From the NCBI RefSeq assembly GCF_001194135.2, contig NC_068983.1, positions 49,707,743 to 49,771,742 on the forward strand: a stretch of 64,000 bases of DNA, written 5' to 3'. This DNA comes from Octopus bimaculoides (Eukaryota). Below are positions 54,007-64,000 of this stretch, piece by piece. The translations under genes were made by a program, and so were the position numbers. Each line of letters begins with the position of its first letter. The first letter of the stretch is position 1. The notes under the pieces are model-generated. The model searched no databases. It was not told the DNA's origin and saw nothing but the letters and a program-made list of their open reading frames with translations.

Positions 54007-54058
<52 letters not shown>

Positions 54059-54598
54059 GGCGCATGGATCAGTGGTTAGAGTGTCGAACTTACGGCTGCG
54101 AGGTTGCGGGTTCGAATCCCAGACTGGGCTCTGTGTTGTGTTCTTGAGCAAGACACTTTATTTCACATTGCTCCAGTTCGCTCAGCTGTAGGAATGAGCT
54201 GCGATGTCACTGGTGCCAAGCTATATTGGCCCCTTAACTATCCCTTGGATAACAGCGGTAGCTTAGAGAGGGGAGGCTGGTATGCATGGGGGACTACTGG
54301 TCTTCCATAAACAACCTTGCCTGGACTTGTGCCTCAGAGGGTAACTTTCTAGGTGCAATCCTATTATGAGCATGGCCGTTGCCAGTACCGCCTGACTGGC
54401 CCTCTTGCCGGTCGTACGTAAAAGCACCCACTACACTCTCGGAGTGGTTGGCATTAGGAAGGGCATCCAGCTGTAGAAACTCTGCCAAATCGTATTAGAG
54501 CCTGGTGTAGCCATCTGGTTCACCAGTCCTCAGTCAAATCGTCCAACCTATGCTAGCATGGAAAGCAGATGTTAAATGATAATGATGATGATGATGAA
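53848..54598 (+). mobile_element. Chain: S1 5' half (53848-54056), S3 SINE (54057-54362), RTE 3' end (54370-54598)
   Basis: Each segment matches other copies in the window; junctions are abrupt. Confidence 0.8.
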
Positions 54599-54813
54599 AG
54601 TAGGCATTTATAACCAAAGAAACTTATTTGGTATTATACTAAAAAAAAAAATTGGAAATATATTTACTGTATGAAAGCCAAAATAATGTATGTTTGTGTA
54701 TAGTCAAATCAATGATTAAGATAAAAAGAAATTTGTACATTTTCAAAAGTGCTTCAGTTACAAAGGTAAGCTGTTGTTAATAAAAATATTTCCTTCATAG
54801 TTATGCAGGATTT

Positions 54814-55192
54814 GTTGGCACTCCGTCACTTACAACGTCGAGGGTTCCAGTTGATCCGATCAACAGAACAACCTGCTCATGAAATTAACGTGCAAGTGGC
54901 TGGGCACTCCGCAGACACGTGTACCCTTAATGTAGTTCTCGGGCATATTCAGTGTGACACAGTGTGACAAGGCTGGCCCTTTGAATTACAGGCAGAACAG
55001 AAACAAGAAGTAAGAGTGAGAGAAAGTTGTGGTGAAAGAGTACAGCAGGGTTTGCCATCATCCCCTGCAGGAGCCTTGTGGAGCATTAGGTGTTTTAGCT
55101 CAATAAACACTCAGAATGGCCGGTCTGGGAATTGAAACCGCGATCCTAGGACTGCGAGTCTGCTGCCCTAACCACTGGGTCATTGCGCCTCC
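54814..55192 (-). mobile_element. SINE S2, tail variant a, with TSD
   Basis: TATGCAGGAT duplicated at 54802-54811 and 55194-55203. Confidence 0.9.
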
Positions 55193-55876
55193 ATATGCAG
55201 GATATAAGTTAGGAATATCCTACGACAGAGGAAATTGTAGTGAATAATCCAGTTCTTTTAAAAATTACTACTTAAAATCTATTCTCTATTCTGTCTTTAG
55301 CCAAATAGGAGCCAGAAGTAGAAATGGCAGCCAAATTTTCCTCAAATAATACCACACTGTTGTCTTTAAAGAAGACCACTTTAGTTAATGAAGTCCTAGA
55401 AACTCCTAAAAAAAAAACAAAAAACAATAATGGTAACAACTGGAATGATTTTTGTATATAAAACTGTTTGATCAATATTGACCTGCTTTCTCATAATTAG
55501 TGTATAATTTCTCACGTGTGTTTCCAGCTTTGACTTCAGTTCCTATCCGTTAGTTAGATCTGGGAAATATTAAACTGCAAAAGGAATTGTCACTGTTGTT
55601 GTTGTTGTTGTTTGCGGTGGTGGTGGTGATAGATCCATTAGTGATTCTAAAAGTGAAGAAATTAAAATAGCTTTTAAATATCCTGCTTTTCCACAACATT
55701 ACAATGAATTGAATTGGCTTGAATACATCAACTCACTACTTCACTTCAATTCTGCATTAGTGATTCCTATACGATCTAATTAATATATAATTACAGCTTG
55801 CCAACAATTTGTGCATGGTTACTGTGGTTCTTCATGACATTTGTGTATGTGTATGCAAATATTATACACACACACA

Positions 55877-55918
<42 letters not shown>

Positions 55919-55925
<7 letters not shown>

Positions 55926-56206
55926 ATAATTAAGGGATCAGCAAACAGTTGCTTCACCACATACCGAAGTTCAGAAATAGCAGCTAAAATATCATACCGA
56001 TGAAGGAAATGGAGTGTTATCGCTCCTAATCCAGAAACGTGTCTATGATTAACTTCGACTGGTGAGTTTTCATTGTTTTTCTTCTTGTTTTGCCTTTGTG
56101 AGTTACAAGTAATGCTATCTGTTGGAGTCTCAGCTTTTTAGCTGCTATTTCTGAACTTCGGTATGTGGTGAAGCAACTGTTTGCTGATCCCTTAATTATG
56201 TTTATA
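55919..56206. repeat. Perfect ~70-bp inverted repeat (55919-55989 / 56136-56206) enclosing a hammerhead motif
   Basis: TAAACATAATTAAGGGATCAGC...GCAGCTAAAA is the exact reverse complement of TTTTAGCTGC...TTATGTTTA. Confidence 0.95.
55991..56049 (+). ncRNA. Type I hammerhead-like motif (family C)
   Basis: ATCATA-CCGATGA-A-GGA..GGAG(TGTTATCG)CTCC..TCC-A-GAAA-C(GT)GT-C-TATGAT. 6-bp stem I and triplet GUC; U4>C and an extra A before G12. Confidence 0.55.
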
Positions 56207-56327
56207 AATGTATAAGAACTTTAAATAAGTTCTCCACAGATAATGGTGTTTACATACCGAAGGGCTTGGTAAAAGTTATTAAATGTTAATTTATTAATAA
56301 ATTGATAAACCTTTACACTTTTAATTG

Positions 56328-56366
<39 letters not shown>

Positions 56367-56581
56367 CATATATATGCATGTATATATACATATGCATATC
56401 ATATGTATATATATTTTCATATGTACACACACACACACACATAATAATAATTTACTAGTTATTCTCTTTGTATTCTATTGACTTTTTGAATAAGGTTTTT
56501 GTGATACATTTGTTTTCTGGAGGGTGTGAGTTGAGTTCTTTGTTGCATTATTTAATCGTGGTTTTTCTTTAAAATATATAC

Positions 56582-56650
<69 letters not shown>

Positions 56651-56841
56651 CATACATATGTATATATATATATATATAAACATATGTATATATATATACA
56701 TACATACACACACATACATGTGTATGTATATATCTATCTATCTATTTATATATATAAACACACTCTTGAATATAAGCACATGTGGGTGTGTGTGCCAGTG
56801 GCTGTATATGATTCTGTGGATATAAACAAACACAGAGAGCA

Positions 56842-56915
<74 letters not shown>

Positions 56916-57542
56916 ACACACACACACGCATACTTTGACAGAGACAGACAGATACACAGAGTAATCCCATTAAAATGACATAAAAGTAAAACAAGATAAA
57001 ATGCAAGATACAGCTATTAGTTTCATGCTCATAGAAATAGGAATAGAATGTCTTAAGGATTAAGACATAAGCCCTTCACTTGAAAGATAACAAGTGAGAA
57101 CAGGAAAAACAAAAAAATATGAAGATTCCACTGACGGGGAAGCTCTCCATTTTGCTGTATATCAAATGAATAACTCATGTACAACATACACAGTATTCGC
57201 AGCTTGCTTGATTTGGTAGATTTCAGAGATTTCCTATGCTTAACATTTTTTTTTTTCTATTCAATGAGTTGTTTATTACTGGGAGGGGAATTAATTGTGT
57301 AATATCTAATGTTTATAGATGCACACGTGTTTACCAGAAGGCTTATGGTAGTATATAACCCCTTTAATAATTCACTGTTTTTCAGCTATGAATTTTTTTA
57401 TCCATGGAAAGTCACTTTTTATTTGGCAGTCAGGAAAGGGTTGCAAAATAGTAGGTAGGTAGATAGATGTATAAACACTGTGTGTAACTAAATATAAACA
57501 GAATACGTGTGTATGTATAGATACATATTTGTATATTTAGGT

Positions 57543-57703
57543 GCAGGAGTGGCTGTGTGGTAAGAAGCTAGCTTCCCAACCACACAGTTATGGGTTTGGT
57601 CCCACTGCATGGCACCGTGCGCAAGTGTCTTCTACTATAGCCTCGAGCCAACCAAAGCCTTACGAGTGGATTTGGTAGATAGAAACCGAAAGAAATCCAT
57701 CGT

Positions 57704-57752
<49 letters not shown>

Positions 57753-57755
57753 TAT
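57543..57755 (+). mobile_element. SINE S1 5' half
   Basis: S1 head and CORE-like segment ending in (TA)n. Confidence 0.75.
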
Positions 57756-59236
57756 ATAGACAGGGTGATAAATTGAATATTAATTCAATTTAAAACCAAG
57801 TGGCCTAGCATATAAAAAAATCTGAAAATTCAGAAAAAAATTGTACTATATAAATAATTTAAATAGTTATGTTCTCCAGCCAGCAACATATACTGCAGTG
57901 AATTATTCTCTGCAGAATTGTTTCCGGAATTTTGCACACCAGAGCTGAGGCATTTTGAAAAATAGCCACAATGTAATCAGTAGAACTGTATGCAAGTCTT
58001 ATTTCATGAAGACAATTGTGTATATACCTGGTGTGTGTCTTGCTGTGGCTACCTCCTCTTAAAAAAAAAAAATAGGGAATAGGCCTGGGTATATGATATG
58101 ATATATCACTCTGCATGTGAGTGTGTCTGTCTGTCTGCATAAGCATGTATATAACAATAAAATAAAGAAATGACCGTCAGCACAAAATATTTCAAGTCTC
58201 TGACAAAGAAGTTTAAAACAGGAACCACTTCACTAAGAAAGAAATTCCTCACCAGCCACTAATCAAAATTATTCTAAATGTAAAATGACAAAAGTGAAAA
58301 TAATGCCCGAAACTCAAGGACTGTCTAATTAGTGTGCTTGCTTGTATTTATTTTATTATTTCTAGCATATTATCCAAATTTGGTATTGAAAGACCAGCTT
58401 TAATACTAATTACACTGAAAATGGTGTAACTCTTTACTTCCAAAGTTCTTGAAGAGGAAGCTAGCAAAGAAAGTGCTTATGAGGATCTAATATTAAACAA
58501 TACCCTGTGATAATTTCAAATTCAAGAATCCATTAGTTTCATAGTTTTATTCCCTATCAAAATTAATCCAAAAGCGAACACTATTTTTGCTACAGATGAT
58601 AGCAGTGCATATGAAATGCACCCTGGTGGGTACATAACTGAAGTGAAATTCCCTTAGTTTTGACTAAAATGTACACATAAAAGCATATATNNNNNNNNNN
58701 NNNNNNNNNNNNNNNNNNNNNNNNNNNNNNNNNNNNNNNNNNNNNNNNNNNNNNNNNNNNNNNNNNNNNNNNNNNNNNNNNNNNNNNNNNNNNNNNNNNN
58801 NNNNNNNNNNNNNNNNNNNNNNNNNNNNNNNNNNNNNNNNNNNNNNNNNNNNNNNNNNNNNNNNNNNNNNNNNNNNNNNNNNNNNNNNNNNNNNNNNNNN
58901 NNNNNNNNNNNNNNNNNNNNNNNNNNNNNNNNNNNNNNNNNNNNNNNNNNNNNNNNNNNNNNNNNNNNNNNNNNNNNNNNNNNNNNNNNNNNNNNNNNNN
59001 NNNNNNNNNNNNNNNNNNNNNNNNNNNNNNNNNNNNNNNNNNNNNNNNNNNNNNNNNNNNNNNNNNNNNNNNNNNNNNNNNNNNNNNNNNNNNNNNNNNN
59101 NNNNNNNNNNNNNNNNNNNNNNNNNNNNNNNNNNNNNNNNNNNNNNNNNNNNNNNNNNNNNNNNNNNNNNNNNNNNNNNNNNNNNNNNNNNNNNNNNNNN
59201 NNNNNNNNNNNNNNNNNNNNNNNNNNNNNNNNNNNN

Positions 59237-59285
<49 letters not shown>

Positions 59286-59357
59286 CATACATGCACACAT
59301 ACATATATATACATATACCCGCCCCACATATATATACATACATACCTACATATATAT

Positions 59358-59414
<57 letters not shown>

Positions 59415-60807
59415 CATACAAACATACATACGTACATATATATATATATATATAGACACATAGATAGATAGATTGATACATAGATAAATATATAAATAGA
59501 TACACACATTTATAAGTGTGTGTGTATACATATGTATGTATATACATTTATAAGTATGCATATATGTATATATGGATACATATGCACCTACACACTATGT
59601 ACAAACATATCTAGACAGATAGTTAGAAAAAAAGAAAATCCAAAATTTTAAAGAATTGTTATTTCCAAACAAATGGAATATTATCTGGTACCAAAAGACT
59701 TGAAAGAGTTTATTACAAAGCACCATAAAATTCAAAACAAGTGAATGAAGAATATTTTCCAAGCACCTTTGGAACCTCTAGGTACCAGGATCCATTTAGT
59801 TTCCCCAAAAAGAGAACCATTTTGCTAAAATTCTCTTCAACAAAATGCTGAACTCATTTACTTACTTATTCATTCACAATGAGAATTATGTCTATGTATT
59901 TATCATAGACAGAATCCTTGTCATTCAAAATAATAACAACAATAACAACAATAATAGTAATAACAATAGATAAATAAATAAATGAATAAATATGTTACCG
60001 TGAACAAAGAAAACATCTAACGTTTTGTGTGAGGCCTTTTATCACTTTTTTTAAATACAATTTTTACTATATTGATGCTAGCTGAGACAGACACAGACCA
60101 TCACAAGTCACCTTAAATTCTAGTAATTATATTTGATTTATAATAAATACGTGTGCTTTTCTCTTTTATTCTTATTTCTTTCTACTTCAGCATGAGAGCC
60201 GCGTACGTTTTTGTTCATTTATTTTCAATTTCTTTATGACTGGTGACTATAAATCATCATTTCTAGTGAAAAATCTCTGATCGATCTTTTAATGAAGTCA
60301 TCATCACTTCATTAAACATGAATTACCAAATTGCATGGAAACATTTGTTGGTTCAGACGATTGACACCTCTTGATTTTAATGTTTTCATATTCTGTTTAT
60401 ACACAAATAACTGTTTTTATTATATGATACCTTTTACTGTTGCTGTTGCTGTTGTTGTTGTTGTTGTTGTTGTGTAACCCCCAGATCAGCTTTGATCATA
60501 CTCACCAATGATCAAAAGCCTTCCAACCTTGACCACACCTTTTATATCTAAAACCACATTATCTAGAACGCCATTATCTATTTTATCTAGAACTACAATA
60601 TATTCAAGGAATTCTTTCTTTTCTAAGAAGATGTGGTGTGTGGGTGATTTGAGGTAGATTTGGTTAATATTTCTAGCACAGTGAACAACTAGTTAACTTC
60701 CATTGACAATGTTAACCAATTGATGATCTTGCTAGAAATGTGGCATAATTATAGTTTTATTGATGAAATAACATTAATCTTAATACACAAATAGTCGCTT
60801 ACTTTTC

Positions 60808-61222
60808 ATAACCCTTTAGCATTTAAACCAACAGTTCCCAACCTCTTCACTACCAAGGACCCCTTTTATTTAAATAAGTTTTCTCACAGATCCCTTTTAA
60901 TATACTTATCCTTAATACCTTTCTTGTTGGATTGCATGTTCGTTTCTCTTTTGTCATCTGTGATTTTATTTTTGATCTTCTATATAAATGAAGATATTTC
61001 CTCCATCTGGCTGCTTTTCTTTCTACAAAACAGGAAGTTACGTTGCGGAACAGTTATTTTAATGTGTCGTATTTATTTATTACCCGGCAAGATACATCGG
61101 CAACACTGGATGCTCCTGAACCAGTTGTTGAGTGTTGCACCCATGAGAGATCGACGCTAGTTGTGTCGAAACAATTGTTGTGATCAATAATACATTGTCG
61201 TGTATTCCATCTTCCATTTGCC

Positions 61223-61283
<61 letters not shown>

Positions 61284-61383
61284 NNNNNNNNNNNNNNNNN
61301 NNNNNNNNNNNNNNNNNNNNNNNNNNNNNNNNNNNNNNNNNNNNNNNNNNNNNNNNNNNNNNNNNNNNNNNNNNNNNNNNNNN

Positions 61384-61422
<39 letters not shown>

Positions 61423-61703
61423 TTGAATTTAGTTCATGGACCTCAGTACTGCCATTGTGGACCACCAAGGTTCCGTGGACCACAAGTTGGGAACCACTGA
61501 TTTAAACCAACTATATCCCATCCAGATAGTCTGTCTATTTTATGTAAAGACTGGACAGATTCAGCCTCTCACACCTACTCTACACAATGTCATTCTAAAA
61601 ATAAACAAAATCTTAAAGCTACAAGATAATGCTTGATTAATTCAAAACAATGTGAATCAATAAGCATTACATTTAACTCAGTAATCTGAATGCTAAAAGG
61701 CTG
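60808..61703. mobile_element. piggyBac-type MITE (second family) interrupted by a hAT-type MITE (60829-61499)
   Basis: Exact 8-bp TSD ATTTAAAC at 60821-60828 and 61500-61507; host begins AACCCTTTAGCATTT and ends ...CTGAATGCTAAAAGG. Confidence 0.75.
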
Positions 61704-62109
61704 AAGTGAAACCATTGACATCCATTTCTGAATGAAGACAAAAGTGAAAAATTAAAAGCCAACAATTCAATTCGTCATCTAAAGATGACGAATTGGCAAT
61801 GTTGAGAAATCAATTTTAATTATTTGGCTTCAGAGAAGTATGGAGTTTTGGCTTTACCTCAAAGTTGTTTTTGTACATATTTTGTATCTGAAATTATAAA
61901 ATCAATAAAAATTATCTGATCTGGAATCATCGTCCACTTTCCATGCTGGTATGGGTTGGACAGTTTGATTGAGGGCTGGTGAGCCAGAAGGCTGTGACAG
62001 GCTCCAATCCGATCTGGCAATGTTTCTACAGCTGGATACCCTTCCTAACGCCAACTACTTCGAGTGTGTAGTGGGTGCCTTTTATGTGCCACCGGCACAA
62101 GGGCTCACC

Positions 62110-62490
62110 GCCATCACTTGACAACTGCTGTTGGTGTGTTCATGTCCTCATAACTTAGCGGTTCGGCAAAAGAGACCGATAGAATAAGTACTAGGCTTAC
62201 AAAGAATAAGTCCTCAGGTCGATTTGTTTGACTAAAGGTAGTGCTCCAGCATGGCTGTAGTCATATGACTGAAGTAAGTAAAAAATAAAAATAAATATAT
62301 ATATGAGTGTGTTGGTGTGTGTGTGTTGGTGTGAGTGTATGATGGGCTTCTTTCAGTTTCTATCTACCAAATCCATTCATAAGGTTTTGGTCTGCTTGAG
62401 GATATAATAGAAGACACTTGCCCAAGGTGCCACACAGTGGGACTGAAACCAGGATCATACAGTTGAAAAGTAAGCTTCTTACCATACGTC
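62110..62490. mobile_element. S1 3' half (+, 62110-62290) and S1 5' half (-, 62340-62490)
   Basis: Matches to S1 segments. Confidence 0.7.
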
Positions 62491-62924
62491 CATGTTGAAG
62501 TCTTTTTGGTAAATAAATGTTGAAGCCACAAAGTTTGATCAAATGAAGATACTGAAAACTGAGTAAAGATTCACAGATGAATAATGGGTGAGAATAGGGT
62601 GGGTTGTTACTTTGTCAGTTTTAATTGGCTTAGCAGGTGAGGGATTACATGGTTAATTATAAGACTGGAAATATGATTAACAATAACAATAACAATAAAT
62701 GATAAAATAGTTAAACATGGCTAATTGTGAAGACTTAGAAATAACAGACAATAACTGTGGGCAGTCATATTAGTTGGATTACTTGTTAATTAGTAAATGA
62801 AAACTGCTGTGTGGGCATGGGTGAGTGGGTGTTGAGGTGTGAGAGAATGAGTTAGTTTTGCTAGTTTGTTGGTATGTTTTATAGTATTTTAGTTTTTAGT
62901 TTATATTTGTTTTCAGTTAGGTGT

Positions 62925-63104
<180 letters not shown>

Positions 63105-63813
63105 ATAATTATTACTAACCAGCATATATATCCATACATACACTCACACACAAGTGCATCCATACATAAGTGCATACAAACATAAATATTTACACACACA
63201 CACGTATATATACATATATACACTCACTGAATAAACACTTATAGACATATGTGCAAATACATCCTTACGGATATATGTGTATTTGTGTGTGTGTGGGTGC
63301 GTGTGGGTGCACATGTACATAAAGGCATACACATAAAACCAGATATACAAGTGTATCATATATACACAGAAACGTTGCTAGAGGTGGTAGTAATTATAGA
63401 TGTACATTTGTGAGAGTGTGCGTATGCATGAGCATGTGTGGCGTATGTGTGTTTTGTGTGTATAGTACTGATGCATGTTCATTCTGAACCACTGTGTTTC
63501 AAAGAATGTCCTCCAAAATTTGCACACACATCCGAAATTATCTGCAAAAATACATGAAAGAAGAGACCTAGGCCTTGGGTCCACCTGGGACAAAACTGAG
63601 GATTTTAAGAAGATTGGGAAATGCTGGGTTATAATGGAATCACTATTGTCCTGTTTCTCTTTCTCTCTCACACTAATTCTCAGTCTCTCTCTCTGTATCT
63701 GTCTGTCTGTCTCTCTCATATATACTTTCTCACATTGTTTAGCAAATAATGTAGACAGCATATATTGGAACAGTGTAGTTACTAGCATACTGAATTTAAA
63801 AACCACATCTTTG

Positions 63814-63970
63814 TAGGGGTGGACTGAGATTATTAAGGGCCCTCAGGCATAACTGCTTACTGGGCCCCTTTGAATGTGTGTTTTAGAAGAATTAACATAT
63901 AGAGCGCAACCCCTCAGAGCTTCGGGCCCTCAGGCAGTGCCTGATTGACTCATGGCTCAGTCCGCCCCTG
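63814..63970. mobile_element. 157-bp hAT-type MITE
   Basis: TIRs TAGGGGTGGACTGAG / CTCAGTCCGCCCCTG; TSD CATCTTTG / AATCTTTG. Confidence 0.8.
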
Positions 63971-64000
63971 AATCTTTGAGAAGCTGCTATGTAGTTTCAA

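Noticed and set aside
58590-59547. Long ORFs of 249-297 aa (also 22826-23484, 37050-37802, 61180-61500)
   Set aside because: They span N gaps; their length is an artefact.
63378-63806. F-box-like VCKFWR motif in the 142-aa minus ORF
   Set aside because: Spacing does not fit the F-box pattern, and the ORF includes (GA)n and (CA)n-derived stretches.

Overview
AT-rich, microsatellite-dense eukaryotic non-coding DNA (large intron or intergenic region) with five assembly gaps. The repeat families strongly resemble those of Octopus (coleoid cephalopod); this is inferred from repeat sequence only. I recognise no intact protein-coding gene. Nearly all listed ORFs are translations of simple repeats, gaps or antisense TE fragments, and only a few isolated splice-signal-flanked candidate exons are weakly supported. 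The window is a mosaic of at least four tRNA-derived SINE families, RTE-clade LINE 3' fragments, three Tc1/mariner transposase fossils, a Helitron helicase fossil, and Merlin-, hAT- and piggyBac-type MITEs, often nested. The most notable signal is a set of minimal type I hammerhead-ribozyme (HHR) motifs in at least four unrelated sequence contexts. One is a multi-copy composite element: tRNA-like Pol III head + (AAT)n microsatellite + HHR + AT-rich tail. It repeatedly occurs as inverted (fold-back) structures flanked by about 12-bp direct repeats, as expected for a non-autonomous element mobilised by Penelope-like retroelements. Several long palindromes, a MITE dimer conserved at two loci and an old local duplication are also noted. 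All structures were read by eye; no searches or folding computations were run.
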